A DNA stretch of 64,000 nt from Escherichia coli (GTDB taxonomy: Bacteria > Pseudomonadota > Gammaproteobacteria > Enterobacterales > Enterobacteriaceae): NCBI RefSeq assembly GCF_046105845.1, contig NZ_CP151004.1. One strand, given 5' to 3'. The notes under the pieces were generated by a model, which searched no databases, was not told where the DNA came from, and saw only the letters and a list, made by a program, of their open reading frames with translations. Positions 17,399-33,838 of this stretch are shown in pieces. Numbering within the stretch: the stretch's first letter is position 1; every line of letters starts with the position of its first letter. The position numbers and the translations under genes are program-made.

Positions 17399-17475
17399 TG
17401 GCGGAACGGACGGGACTCGAACCCGCGACCCCCTGCGTGACAGGCAGGTATTCTAACCGACTGAACTACCGCTCC
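17399..17475 (-). tRNA. aspV: tRNA-Asp (GUC)
   Basis: Reverse complement matches E. coli tRNA-Asp (GGAGCGGTAGTTCAGTCGGTTAGAATACCTGCCTGTCACGCAGGGGGTCGCGGGTTCGAGTCCCGTCCGTTCCGCCA). Position next to dnaQ identifies it as aspV. Confidence 0.97.
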
Positions 17476-17503
17476 GCGTTGTGTTCCGTTGGGAACGAGG
17501 CGA

Positions 17504-17532
17504 ATATTACGGATTGCCTCGTCCTTCGTCAA
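17504..17532 (-). promoter_or_regulatory. putative aspV promoter (-35 TTGACG, 17-bp spacer, -10 TAATAT)
   Basis: On the minus strand TTGACG (17527-17532) and TAATAT (17504-17509), about 30 nt upstream of the tRNA 5' end, with an A/T-rich stretch further upstream. Confidence 0.55.
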
Positions 17533-17607
17533 CGATTTTTCTCATCTTTTGAATCGTTTGCTGCAAAAATCGCCCAAGTCGCTATTTTTAGCGCCTTTTA
17601 CATGTAT

Positions 17608-18339
17608 TTATGCCCGCCAGAGGCAGCTTCCGCCCTTCTTCTGCACCAGATCAAGACGGGCTTCATGAGCTGCAAGCTCTTCATCTGTCGCAAAAACAAC
17701 GCGTAACTTACTTGCCTGACGTACAATGCGCTGAATTGTTGCTTCACCTTGTTGCTGCTGTGTCTCTCCTTCCATCGCAAAAGCCATCGACGTTTGACCA
17801 CCGGTCATCGCCAGATAAACTTCCGCAAGGATCTGGGCATCGAGTAATGCCCCGTGCAGCGTTCGTTTACTGTTATCTATTTCGTAGCGGGCACATAACG
17901 CATCGAGGCTGTTGCGTTTACCGGGAAACATTTTCCTCGCCACCGCAAGGCTATCGGTGACCTTACAGAAGGTATTGGTCTTCGGAATATCGCGCTTAAG
18001 CAACGAAAACTCGTAGTCCATAAAGCCGATATCGAACGCTGCGTTATGGATCACCAGCTCCGCGCCGCGGATATAGTCCATGAACTCATCGGCTACCTCT
18101 GCAAACGTGGGCTTATCGAGCAAAAATTCATCGGCAATACCATGTACGCCAAAGGCTTCCGGATCCACCAGCCGATCGGGTTTGAGATAAACATGGAAGT
18201 TATTGCCCGTCAGGCGACGGTTCACCACTTCAACGGCACCAATCTCAATGATCTTGTGGCCTTCATAGTGCGCACCAATCTGGTTCATACCGGTGGTTTC
18301 GGTATCGAGAACGATCTGGCGTGTAATTGCAGTGCTCAT
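17608..18339 (-). CDS. dnaQ: DNA polymerase III epsilon subunit (3'-5' proofreading exonuclease)
   Basis: Translation matches E. coli DnaQ as I recall it ([20 protein letters not shown]...). Start trimmed to the known Met; the track ORF begins 3 codons upstream. Confidence 0.96.
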
Positions 18340-18403
18340 AGCGGTCATTTATGTCAGACTTGTCGTTTTACAGTTCGATTCAATTACAGGAAGTCTACCA
18401 GAG

Positions 18404-18871
18404 ATGCTTAAACAGGTAGAAATTTTCACCGATGGTTCGTGTCTGGGTAATCCTGGACCTGGGGGTTACGGTGCTATTTTACGCTATCGTGGACGCGAAA
18501 AAACTTTTAGCGCTGGCTACACCCGCACCACCAACAACCGTATGGAGTTGATGGCCGCTATTGTCGCGCTGGAAGCGTTAAAAGAACACTGTGAAGTCAT
18601 TCTGAGTACCGACAGCCAGTATGTCCGCCAGGGGATCACCCAGTGGATCCATAACTGGAAAAAACGTGGCTGGAAAACAGCAGACAAAAAACCAGTAAAA
18701 AATGTCGATCTCTGGCAACGTCTTGATGCTGCGTTGGGGCAGCATCAAATCAAATGGGAATGGGTTAAAGGCCATGCCGGTCATCCAGAAAACGAACGTT
18801 GCGATGAGCTGGCTCGTGCCGCAGCGATGAATCCCACACTGGAAGATACGGGCTATCAAGTCGAAGTTTAA
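18404..18871 (+). CDS. rnhA: ribonuclease HI
   Basis: 155-aa product from [23 protein letters not shown] matches RNase HI. Divergent from dnaQ as in K-12. The track ORF is N-terminally over-extended. Confidence 0.96.
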
Positions 18872-19590
18872 GCCTGTGGTTTACGACATTGCCGGGTGGC
18901 TCCAACCGCCTGGCGAATTCGTGGCTTGTTTTTACTCTGTTTCATCGGATTTAGCGTTAAAGGAATAGTCCGTTTCCGGGCGACAATAAGTTGTAAGCAA
19001 CCAAGCGCAGGAATATGCGCATTCAATAGTTTTCCACCGTGTTTGTTCCACGGGAGAACGTGGAAACGGCTGGCGTGTAGCACTTCAAAATTCAACAAAG
19101 AGAGCCAGTCCAGCTGCCGCATCAGAGTAAACATCCGGCTGTTATAAGGCGAGGTTTTTCGCAATACCGGCACAAGTTTGCGTAATCCCATTAAACTGAT
19201 GGGATTGAAGCCACTAATCACCAGCCAGCCATCATCAATCAATACCCGATCGGCTTCACGCAATAAACGATGCGGATCGGTGCACCACGGCAATGTATGT
19301 GCCAGTAGACAAACATCAACGGATTTATCGGCAAAAGGAAGATGAAGTGGGTCCGCCTGCACCTGGACGGGCAGTCCTTGCGCAGAAACATTCACTTGAT
19401 GAGAAACCGCGCACGCTTCGCAATTGATTTCTGCGCTTAAATTGCCAATCTTAAGCAGATGAAAACCATACATTTTAGTGAACCACGGGTTGAGCTGGCG
19501 CTCCAGCGCCTTGCGATAAAGCTCTCCCCAGGGCAAATCGCCCCAGCAATCAGGAGCCACGACAGTTTGAGGGACTCTTGCCGGTTTCAT
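18868..19590 (-). CDS. yafS: SAM-dependent methyltransferase YafS
   Basis: Sequence and synteny (convergent 4-bp overlap with rnhA). Start placed at MKPARVPQ. Confidence 0.88.
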
Positions 19591-19620
19591 CACAACCTTC
19601 CGTTTCACACTGAGAGGTAA

Positions 19621-20379
<759 letters not shown>

Positions 20380-20450
20380 TAAAACTTTCTTGTCATCGGC
20401 TCCGTTCGCCGTTATGATCGGTCGTCTTTTAAGCAACTATTGACACACAC

Positions 20451-21809
20451 ATGAAGGCAAAAGCGATATTACTCGCCTCTGTCCTGCTCGTGGGTTGCCA
20501 GAGTACCGGCAACGTTCAACAGCACGCACAGAGCCTTTCTGCAGCTGGTCAAGGGGAAGCAGCAAAGTTTACAAGTCAGGCACGATGGATGGACGATGGG
20601 ACGTCTATCGCGCCAGATGGTGACTTGTGGGCTTTCATTGGCGACGAGCTAAAGATGGGAATTCCGGAAAATGACCGGATTCGCGAACAGAAACAGAAAT
20701 ATTTACGCAATAAGAGCTATCTCCACGATGTAACTTTACGGGCAGAGCCGTATATGTACTGGATAGCCGGGCAAGTTAAAAAACGTAACATGCCTATGGA
20801 ACTGGTACTACTACCCATAGTGGAGAGCGCTTTTGATCCTCACGCAACGTCTGGCGCCAATGCAGCAGGCATCTGGCAGATCATTCCGAGCACGGGGCGC
20901 AATTATGGTTTGAAACAGACCCGCAATTATGACGCGCGTCGCGATGTTGTTGCTTCAACAACTGCCGCGCTGAACATGATGCAGCGTCTGAACAAGATGT
21001 TTGACGGCGACTGGCTTCTGACCGTAGCGGCTTATAACAGCGGCGAAGGTCGAGTCATGAAGGCAATTAAAACGAACAAAGCGCGTGGGAAATCCACGGA
21101 CTTCTGGTCGTTACCGTTGCCGCAGGAAACGAAGCAGTACGTGCCTAAAATGCTGGCATTGAGTGATATTCTCAAAAACAGCAAGCGTTATGGCGTACGT
21201 CTGCCAACGACCGATGAAAGCCGTGCTCTGGCGCGTGTGCACCTGAGCAGCCCAGTTGAAATGGCGAAGGTTGCAGATATGGCGGGGATTTCCGTCAGCA
21301 AGCTGAAGACATTCAACGCTGGCGTGAAAGGCTCCACGCTGGGCGCAAGTGGTCCGCAGTACGTGATGGTGCCAAAGAAGCATGCAGATCAACTGCGTGA
21401 ATCTCTGGCTTCGGGCGAAATTGCTGCTGTACAGTCGACGCTGGTTGCCGACAATACGCCGCTTAACAGCCGTGTTTACACCGTACGCTCTGGCGACACG
21501 CTTTCAAGTATCGCTTCACGTCTCGGCGTTAGCACCAAAGATTTGCAGCAGTGGAACAAACTGCGCGGATCTAAGCTGAAGCCAGGCCAAAGCTTGACGA
21601 TTGGCGCAGGTAGTAGCGCACAGCGGTTGGCAAACAACAGCGATAGCATTACGTATCGTGTGCGCAAAGGCGATTCGCTTTCAAGCATTGCTAAACGCCA
21701 CGGCGTGAACATCAAAGATGTGATGCGCTGGAACAGCGATACTGCGAATCTGCAACCAGGCGATAAGCTGACGTTGTTTGTGAAAAACAACAACATGCCA
21801 GATTCCTGA
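20451..21809 (+). CDS. mltD: membrane-bound lytic murein transglycosylase D
   Basis: 452-aa ORF with lipoprotein signal (LLVGC), transglycosylase domain and C-terminal LysM repeats. Confidence 0.95.
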   Translation: MKAKAILLASVLLVGCQSTGNVQQHAQSLSAAGQGEAAKFTSQARWMDDGTSIAPDGDLWAFIGDELKMGIPENDRIREQKQKYLRNKSYLHDVTLRAEPYMYWIAGQVKKRNMPMELVLLPIVESAFDPHATSGANAAGIWQIIPSTGRNYGLKQTRNYDARRDVVASTTAALNMMQRLNKMFDGDWLLTVAAYNSGEGRVMKAIKTNKARGKSTDFWSLPLPQETKQYVPKMLALSDILKNSKRYGVRLPTTDESRALARVHLSSPVEMAKVADMAGISVSKLKTFNAGVKGSTLGASGPQYVMVPKKHADQLRESLASGEIAAVQSTLVADNTPLNSRVYTVRSGDTLSSIASRLGVSTKDLQQWNKLRGSKLKPGQSLTIGAGSSAQRLANNSDSITYRVRKGDSLSSIAKRHGVNIKDVMRWNSDTANLQPGDKLTLFVKNNNMPDS

Positions 21810-21823
21810 CAAACCAGATAATG

Positions 21824-21854
21824 AAAGGCACCGATTCCCCCGGTGCCTTTTTTA
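21824..21854. terminator. bidirectional rho-independent terminator between convergent mltD and yafE
   Basis: AAAGGCACCG-ATTCCCC-CGGTGCCTTT hairpin flanked by A and T runs. Confidence 0.7.
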
Positions 21855-21855
21855 T

Positions 21856-22626
21856 TTATGCTGCTTTATGTGCTTCTACCATGATGATATCACTGGTGAA
21901 AGAGCCATCATTCTGCAAGGCAAAATACGTTTTCACCTCTGTCGATGCGCTCTGTTGGTAAATGCGAATAGCGTCTACTAACGCTTCTGGCGTACGCATT
22001 CTCGCGACCCATGAAGAAAATTCCAGCGGTAACTTATCTGTAATTAAATTATCAACTATCAGATTGGCCTCATTGATTAACGTCAACCACTCACCGCTGG
22101 CGTAGTTTCGTACGTGAGAGGTATCGCGTAATGCTTCTACCGTCTGTAACCAGACGTCGCGCACTGGGTGACCCGGAGACATTACGTCCATCACAATCAG
22201 CCTACCGCCAGGTTTCAATATCCTATTCACTTCTCGCAGTGCTGCACCAACATCATGCCAGTGATGGGCAGAATAACGGCTGATAACAATATCAAATGCG
22301 TTATCGGCAAATGGCAGACTTTCGGCATAACCCTGGCGGGTGGTGATATTTTTCAGTTGCCGGGCTTCGGCAGCTTGTGCCACGACATCCAGCATTTGGG
22401 CAGATAAGTCATACGCCACCACCGCGCTCACGTTCTGCGCAGCGACAAAGCTGGCATGCCCTGCTCCGCAGCCCATATCAAGTACACTTGCATCAGGATA
22501 ATCAGCCAGACGCACCGCCAGGCGCTGTAAATCTCGCCCGGATGCATGTACGGTACTGGTTAAATACTCACTGGCCTGCGAGCTAAACTGCTTTTCTACG
22601 TGGTCATGGTGGGATTGTGTTGTCAT
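21856..22626 (-). CDS. yafE: class I SAM-dependent methyltransferase YafE
   Basis: 256-aa ORF with methyltransferase motif (VLDMGCGAGH). Synteny. Start codon uncertain. Confidence 0.85.
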   Translation of the reverse strand: MTTQSHHDHVEKQFSSQASEYLTSTVHASGRDLQRLAVRLADYPDASVLDMGCGAGHASFVAAQNVSAVVAYDLSAQMLDVVAQAAEARQLKNITTRQGYAESLPFADNAFDIVISRYSAHHWHDVGAALREVNRILKPGGRLIVMDVMSPGHPVRDVWLQTVEALRDTSHVRNYASGEWLTLINEANLIVDNLITDKLPLEFSSWVARMRTPEALVDAIRIYQQSASTEVKTYFALQNDGSFTSDIIMVEAHKAA

Positions 22627-22651
22627 TGCGCTGTCCTTTTATTGTTTGATT

Positions 22652-22683
22652 AAAAAGGGCAGCGCCAAACGTTGGTCTGCCCT
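22652..22683 (-). terminator. putative terminator downstream of yafD
   Basis: GGGCAG...CTGCCC hairpin followed by T-run on the minus strand. Confidence 0.55.
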
Positions 22684-22702
22684 GTGGCAGACCTGACATA
22701 CC

Positions 22703-23554
<852 letters not shown>

Positions 23555-23743
23555 CTACTGTTATAGGGATTTTAGCTCACTCTTTCAACGAGCAATTGTA
23601 TATTGTTATGTAAGCAAGTGCTTACACCGGTCAGAAATTTGCTCATTATTGAGAACATTAAATCGGATGACATATCACGCATCCTGATGGTTTAATGACA
23701 AATAAATTCAAAATATCTCATCTATTTTGCAACAGGAGCAAAA

Positions 23744-24658
23744 ATGAAAGCCACGTCGGAAGAACTCGCCATTTTTGTTTCGGTCGTCGAAAGCGGCAGC
23801 TTTAGCCGGGCAGCGGAACAATTAGGGCAAGCAAACTCAGCGGTAAGCCGGGCGGTGAAGAAGCTGGAGATGAAACTTGGCGTTAGCCTGCTTAATCGGA
23901 CCACGCGGCAACTTAGCCTGACGGAAGAAGGCGAGCGTTATTTTCGTCGCGTACAGTCAATTTTGCAGGAGATGGCAGCGGCAGAATCAGAAATTATGGA
24001 GACGCGTAATACACCGCGTGGACTGTTGCGCATCGATGCCGCAACTCCAGTAGTGCTGCACTTTCTGATGCCGTTGATTAAGCCTTTCCGTGAACGCTAT
24101 CCGGAAGTCACTTTATCACTAGTCTCCTCCGAAACGATTATTAATTTGATCGAAAGAAAAGTGGATGTCGCGATACGCGCCGGTACGTTAACGGATTCCA
24201 GCTTACGTGCCAGGCCGTTATTTAACAGTTATCGAAAAATTATAGCCTCCCCCGATTATATTTCCCGCTATGGGAAGCCAGAAACGATCGACGATTTAAA
24301 GCAACATGTTTGCCTGGGATTCACTGAACCCGCTTCCCTCAATACCTGGCCGATAGCCTGTAGCGATGGACAATTACATGAGGTGAAGTACGGTTTGTCA
24401 TCCAATAGTGGGGAAACACTGAAACAGCTTTGCCTGAGTGGCAACGGGATTGCGTGTTTGTCCGACTACATGATCGACAGAGAAATCGCTCGCGGAGAAT
24501 TGGTGGAGCTAATGGCAGATAAAGTGTTGCCAGTGGAAATGCCATTCAGTGCAGTCTATTACAGCGACCGTGCGGTAAGTACGCGCATCCGGGCTTTTAT
24601 CGATTTCCTTAGCGAGCATGTAAAAACAGCTCCCGGAGGAGCTGTCAGAGAGGCTTAA
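23744..24658 (+). CDS. yafC: LysR-family transcriptional regulator YafC
   Basis: 304-aa ORF with N-terminal LysR HTH ([32 protein letters not shown]). Synteny. Confidence 0.9.
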   Translation: MKATSEELAIFVSVVESGSFSRAAEQLGQANSAVSRAVKKLEMKLGVSLLNRTTRQLSLTEEGERYFRRVQSILQEMAAAESEIMETRNTPRGLLRIDAATPVVLHFLMPLIKPFRERYPEVTLSLVSSETIINLIERKVDVAIRAGTLTDSSLRARPLFNSYRKIIASPDYISRYGKPETIDDLKQHVCLGFTEPASLNTWPIACSDGQLHEVKYGLSSNSGETLKQLCLSGNGIACLSDYMIDREIARGELVELMADKVLPVEMPFSAVYYSDRAVSTRIRAFIDFLSEHVKTAPGGAVREA

Positions 24659-25458
24659 TCCCATTCAGGAGCCAGACCTTCCGGGCTAACCAGGCGGTCG
24701 TTGCAATCCAGTGCGGCGATCGCTTTTTTATCTTCGGCATCAAGCTGTAAATTTTGTGCCTTAAGATTACTTTCCAGGTTTTTACGTTTAGTAGAAGAAG
24801 GAATTACTGAGTAACCTTCCCCCATAGCCCACGCCAGAATCACTTGTGCCGGAGTCGCATTGTGTTTAGCTGCGATACGAGCAATAACCTCATCTTTCAG
24901 GGCCTTACCATACGCCAGCGTCATATAGGAAGTAATATGGATGCCGTGCTGTTTAGCCCAGGCAACCACTTTACGGTTTTGCAGATAAGGAGAGAGTTCA
25001 ATCTGGTTAGTAGCGATGTTTTCAGCACCAACAGCAGCAATCGCTTTTTCCATCAATGGGATCGTGAAGTTGGAAATACCGATCTCACGCGTCAGCCCTT
25101 GTTTTTTGGCTTCCAGCAGCGCCTGCATAAACTCTTCAACAGAGACTTCATCGTTTGGTGACGGCCAGTGGATTAGCGTCAGATCAACATAATCAGTACG
25201 CAATTTTTGCAGGCTCTCTTGCAGACTCGGGATCAATTTGTCTTTGCTGAGATTTTCAATCCAGATTTTAGTGGTGATGTAGAGTTCATGACGTGGCACG
25301 CCACTTTCTGCAATCGCCTGACCTACGGCAGCTTCGTTATCATAGATTTGTGCGGTATCAATTGCGCGATAACCAAGTTCAAGCGCCGTTTTCACAGATG
25401 AAATAACAACGTCGTCTTTGAGACGGAAAGTACCTAAACCAAATGCAGGGATAGCCAT
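24655..25458 (-). CDS. dkgB: 2,5-diketo-D-gluconate reductase B (aldo-keto reductase)
   Basis: 267-aa aldo-keto reductase sequence. Synteny next to the rrnH distal tRNA. Confidence 0.93.
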   Translation of the reverse strand: MAIPAFGLGTFRLKDDVVISSVKTALELGYRAIDTAQIYDNEAAVGQAIAESGVPRHELYITTKIWIENLSKDKLIPSLQESLQKLRTDYVDLTLIHWPSPNDEVSVEEFMQALLEAKKQGLTREIGISNFTIPLMEKAIAAVGAENIATNQIELSPYLQNRKVVAWAKQHGIHITSYMTLAYGKALKDEVIARIAAKHNATPAQVILAWAMGEGYSVIPSSTKRKNLESNLKAQNLQLDAEDKKAIAALDCNDRLVSPEGLAPEWD

Positions 25459-25580
25459 AATATGCCTCTTTTAATGCTATTTTCGTTAACTGAGGTGATT
25501 ATGGGCTTCAGACTGTTGCGGAAAAAGAGCGTAAAATGCAGAGGATTTTTGCGATTCTGGCAATAATAGATATACAGACG

Positions 25581-25610
25581 AAAAAAAACCTCGAGCGTTA
25601 ACTCGAGGCT
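25581..25610 (-). terminator. rrnH operon rho-independent terminator (after aspU)
   Basis: On the minus strand: CCTCGAGTTAACGCTCGAGG hairpin followed by eight T. Confidence 0.8.
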
Positions 25611-25620
25611 TCTTAATAAG

Positions 25621-25697
25621 TGGCGGAACGGACGGGACTCGAACCCGCGACCCCCTGCGTGACAGGCAGGTATTCTAACCGACTGAACTACCGCTCC
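25621..25697 (-). tRNA. aspU: tRNA-Asp (GUC), distal tRNA of rrnH
   Basis: Identical in sequence to the aspV copy. Lies 3' of the 5S rRNA. Confidence 0.97.
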
Positions 25698-25742
25698 ACC
25701 GAATTCTTTTACAACCACCGGTTTTATGACCGGCTTACTGCT

Positions 25743-25901
25743 TAATTTGATGCCTGGCAGTTTATGAATCACTTCGTGATTCACCCTTCGGGCCGTCGCT
25801 TCGCAACGTTCAAAAGCTTTCGCTTTTGTCCTACTCTCTTATCGAGTAGTGAACTGCCTCAAAGGTCAGTGCCATTCTTCGTAATTTGATGCCTGGCAGT
25901 T
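25743..25901. repeat. 20-bp direct repeat (TAATTTGATGCCTGGCAGTT) flanking a 119-bp segment between the 5S rRNA 3' end and aspU
   Basis: Copies at 25743-25762 and 25882-25901. The second copy includes the last 13 nt of the 5S gene. The intervening segment contains a GAATCAC-TTC-GTGATTC hairpin. Confidence 0.8.
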
Positions 25902-26008
25902 CCCTACTCTCGCATGGGGATACCCCACACTACCATCGGCGCTACGGCGTTTCACTTCTGAGTTCGGCATGGGGTCAGGTGGGACCACCGCGCTACGGCC
26001 GCCAGGCA
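25889..26008 (-). rRNA. rrfH: 5S ribosomal RNA
   Basis: Reverse complement matches E. coli 5S rRNA end to end (TGCCTGGCGGC...CTGCCAGGCAT). Confidence 0.95.
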
Positions 26009-26101
26009 AATTCTGTTTCATCAGACCGCTTCTGCGTTCTGAGTTAATCTGTATCAGGCTGAAAATCTTCTCTCAATCCGCCAAAACATCTTCGGCGTTG
26101 T

Positions 26102-29006
<2,905 letters not shown>

Positions 29007-29200
29007 TCACAACCCGAAGATGTTTCTTTCGACTCATCATCGTGTTGCGAAAATTTGAGAGACTCACGAACAACTTTCGTTGTTCAGTGTTTCAATTTTC
29101 AGCTTGATCCAGATTTTTAAAGAGCAAAACTTCGCAGTGAACCTTTGCAGGTACACTCTGAAGTATTTTTTATTTAATCACTACAGATGATGGTGGAGCT

Positions 29201-29276
29201 ATGCGGGATCGAACCGCAGACCTCCTGCGTGCAAAGCAGGCGCTCTCCCAGCTGAGCTATAGCCCCATAACATGTA
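29201..29276 (-). tRNA. alaV: tRNA-Ala (UGC), 16S-23S spacer
   Basis: Reverse complement matches GGGGCTATAGCTCAGCTGGGAGAGCGCCTGCTTTGCACGCAGGAGGTCTGCGGTTCGATCCCGCATAGCTCCACCA. Confidence 0.97.
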
Positions 29277-29309
29277 GTTAAAACCTCTTCAAATTTGCCG
29301 TGCAAATTT

Positions 29310-29386
<77 letters not shown>

Positions 29387-29453
29387 TAGAGGTTTTACTG
29401 CTCATTTTCATCAGACAATCTGTGTGAGCACTGCAAAGTACGCTTCTTTAAGG

Positions 29454-30995
<1,542 letters not shown>

Positions 30996-31126
30996 AAAAG
31001 TTTGATGCTCAAAGAATTAAACTTCGTAATGAATTACGTGTTCACTCTTGAGACTTGGTATTCATTTTTCGTCTTGCGACGTTAAGAATCCGTATCTTCG
31101 AGTGCCCACACAGATTGTCTGATAAA

Positions 31127-31325
31127 TTGTTAAAGAGCAGTTGCGACGCGGCTTTCAGCTCACTGTCGCGAGGTGGCGTATACTACGCTTTCCTCTTTCA
31201 GAGTCAACCCTGAATTTCAGGATTTTTTCTCTTCAACCGAACCGGCTGTTTGTGTGAAGTGATTCACATCCGCCGTGTCGATGGAGGCGCATTATAGGGA
31301 GTCGGCTCAGGAAGACAAGCGGAAA
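31127..31325 (-). promoter_or_regulatory. rrnH promoter-leader region: P1 (-35 TTGTCT 31313-31318, 16-bp spacer, -10 TATAAT 31291-31296), A/T-rich UP-like sequence upstream, leader boxA (GCTCTTTAACAA, 31127-31138)
   Basis: Minus-strand sequence CTTGTCTTCCTGAGCCGACTCCCTATAATGCGCC is close to the canonical rrn P1. boxA antitermination motif in the leader. A P2 is expected about 120 bp downstream but is not confidently assigned. Confidence 0.7.
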
Positions 31326-31361
31326 AATGCATTTTTATTTCAACCGCTCATCTTTTAATCA

Positions 31362-31934
31362 TCACGCCGGTTTTTGCTGCTTTTTTATCGCTTGCGGCAG
31401 GTCTGCCAGGCTATTTAACACCCAATCCGCCGCGTTTTCTGCTTCAGGCGTAACAGGTTTACCCGTACGCACCAGCACTTTTGTTCCCACGTTCGCCGCA
31501 GCTGCTGCCTGCATATCTTCTAATTTATCGCCCACCATATAAGAAGCGGCCATATCAATATGCAAATAATCGCGTGCTGACAAAAGCATCCCCGTATGTG
31601 GTTTGCGGCAGTCGCAGACCTGGCGAAACTCTTCAACACTACCCTGCGGATGATGCGGGCAATAATAGATACCATCCAGATCGACATCGCGGTCCGCCAG
31701 CGACCAGTCCATCCACTCGGTCAGCGTTTCAAACTGTGCTTCAGTAAATTTACCGCGAGCAATGCCAGACTGGTTGGTTACTACCACCAGCGCAAAGCCC
31801 ATTTTTTTTAGCTCGCGCATGGCGTCAATAACACCGTCGATAAATTCAAAGTTGTCGATCTCATGGACATAGCCGTGATCGACATTAATGGTGCCATCAC
31901 GATCAAGAAAAATTGCGGGTACGCTCTTCGCCAC
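31362..31934 (-). CDS. gmhB: D-glycero-beta-D-manno-heptose-1,7-bisphosphate 7-phosphatase
   Basis: 190-aa HAD-family sequence (FLDRDGTIN...VVVTNQSG). Synteny immediately upstream of rrnH. Confidence 0.94.
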   Translation of the reverse strand: MAKSVPAIFLDRDGTINVDHGYVHEIDNFEFIDGVIDAMRELKKMGFALVVVTNQSGIARGKFTEAQFETLTEWMDWSLADRDVDLDGIYYCPHHPQGSVEEFRQVCDCRKPHTGMLLSARDYLHIDMAASYMVGDKLEDMQAAAAANVGTKVLVRTGKPVTPEAENAADWVLNSLADLPQAIKKQQKPA

Positions 31935-32015
31935 CTTTTATAGCTCCTTAATAAGGCATGTGACGCTAGTATCGCATGTTTCGACCAGCAAGAAAGTGCT
32001 CTTCGCATAAACCTG

Positions 32016-32039
32016 ATTGATTTAGACGTCTGGATGCCT
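32016..32039 (+). promoter_or_regulatory. putative MetJ operator (tandem met boxes) upstream of metN
   Basis: AGACGTCT (32024-32031) followed by GGATGCCT, in 8-bp register, inside the gmhB-metN divergent intergenic region. Confidence 0.5.
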
Positions 32040-32121
32040 TAACATCCATTTCATTGACGGCGTTGCCCGTTTCAGGCATTCGAGATGCCACGACTAACTT
32101 AATGACGATAATAAATAATCA

Positions 32122-33153
32122 ATGATAAAACTTTCGAATATCACCAAAGTGTTCCACCAGGGCACCCGCACCATCCAGGCGTTGAACAACGTCAGCCTGC
32201 ATGTGCCAGCTGGACAAATTTATGGCGTTATCGGTGCCTCAGGCGCGGGTAAGAGTACGCTTATACGTTGTGTAAACCTGCTGGAGCGCCCAACCGAGGG
32301 TAGCGTGCTGGTCGATGGCCAGGAACTGACCACGCTGTCAGAATCCGAGTTGACCAAAGCTCGCCGCCAGATTGGTATGATTTTCCAGCATTTTAACCTG
32401 CTCTCTTCACGTACTGTTTTTGGCAACGTGGCTCTGCCGCTGGAGCTGGACAACACACCGAAAGATGAGATCAAACGTCGCGTGACGGAATTGCTGTCAT
32501 TGGTTGGTCTTGGCGATAAGCATGATAGCTACCCGTCGAATCTTTCCGGTGGGCAGAAACAACGTGTGGCGATTGCCCGTGCATTAGCCAGCAATCCCAA
32601 AGTATTGCTGTGTGATGAAGCCACCAGCGCGCTGGACCCGGCAACGACACGTTCTATTCTCGAACTGCTGAAAGACATTAACCGCCGTCTGGGTTTGACG
32701 ATTCTGTTGATCACCCACGAAATGGACGTTGTGAAGCGCATTTGTGATTGCGTGGCTGTTATCAGTAATGGCGAACTGATCGAGCAGGACACGGTAAGTG
32801 AAGTGTTCTCGCATCCGAAAACGCCGCTGGCGCAGAAGTTTATTCAGTCGACCCTGCATCTGGATATCCCGGAAGATTATCAGGAGCGTCTGCAAGCGGA
32901 GCCATTCACTGACTGCGTGCCGATGCTGCGTCTGGAGTTTACCGGTCAATCGGTCGATGCCCCACTGCTTTCTGAAACCGCGCGTCGTTTCAACGTCAAC
33001 AACAACATTATTAGCGCGCAGATGGATTACGCCGGTGGCGTTAAGTTCGGCATCATGCTGACTGAAATGCACGGCACACAACAAGATACGCAAGCCGCCA
33101 TTGCCTGGCTGCAGGAACACCATGTAAAAGTAGAGGTACTGGGTTATGTCTGA
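32122..33153 (+). CDS. metN: methionine ABC transporter ATP-binding protein
   Basis: 343-aa ORF with Walker A (GASGAGKST), ABC signature (LSGGQKQR) and a C-terminal regulatory domain. Synteny. Confidence 0.95.
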
Positions 33154-33799
33154 GCCGATGATGTGGCTGCTGGTTCGTGGCGTATGGGAAACGCTGGCAA
33201 TGACCTTCGTATCCGGATTTTTTGGGTTTGTGATTGGTCTGCCGGTCGGCGTCCTGCTTTATGTTACGCGCCCGGGGCAAATTATTGCTAACGCGAAGCT
33301 GTATCGTACCGTTTCTGCGATTGTGAACATTTTCCGTTCTATCCCGTTCATTATCTTGCTGGTATGGATGATTCCGTTTACCCGCGTTATTGTCGGTACA
33401 TCGATTGGTTTGCAGGCAGCGATTGTTCCGTTAACCGTTGGTGCAGCACCGTTTATTGCCCGTATGGTCGAGAACGCTCTGCTGGAGATCCCAACCGGGT
33501 TAATTGAAGCTTCCCGCGCAATGGGTGCCACGCCAATGCAGATCGTCCGTAAAGTGCTGTTACCGGAAGCGTTGCCGGGTCTGGTGAATGCGGCAACTAT
33601 CACCCTGATTACCCTGGTCGGTTATTCCGCGATGGGTGGTGCAGTCGGTGCCGGTGGTTTAGGTCAGATTGGCTATCAGTATGGCTACATCGGCTACAAC
33701 GCGACGGTGATGAATACGGTACTGGTATTGCTGGTCATTCTGGTTTATTTAATTCAGTTCGCAGGCGACCGCATCGTCCGGGCTGTCACTCGCAAGTAA
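33146..33799 (+). CDS. metI: methionine ABC transporter permease
   Basis: 217-aa hydrophobic ORF overlapping the metN stop. Synteny. Confidence 0.95.
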
Positions 33800-33838
33800 C
33801 GTTCAACACAACATAAATAATTGAAGAAGGAATAAGGT

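Noticed and set aside
17266-17532. 88-aa ORF overlapping aspV, and the similar 116-aa ORF at 25434-25784 overlapping aspU
   Set aside because: Both contain the same peptide (AVVQSVRIPACHAGGRGFESRPFRHL) because they translate the tRNA-Asp gene. Artefact of the duplicated tRNA.
25743-25901. A second (pseudo) 5S rRNA gene downstream of rrfH
   Set aside because: Only the last 13 nt of 5S are duplicated. The intervening 119 bp has no resemblance to 5S, so this is a repeat-flanked insert, not a gene.
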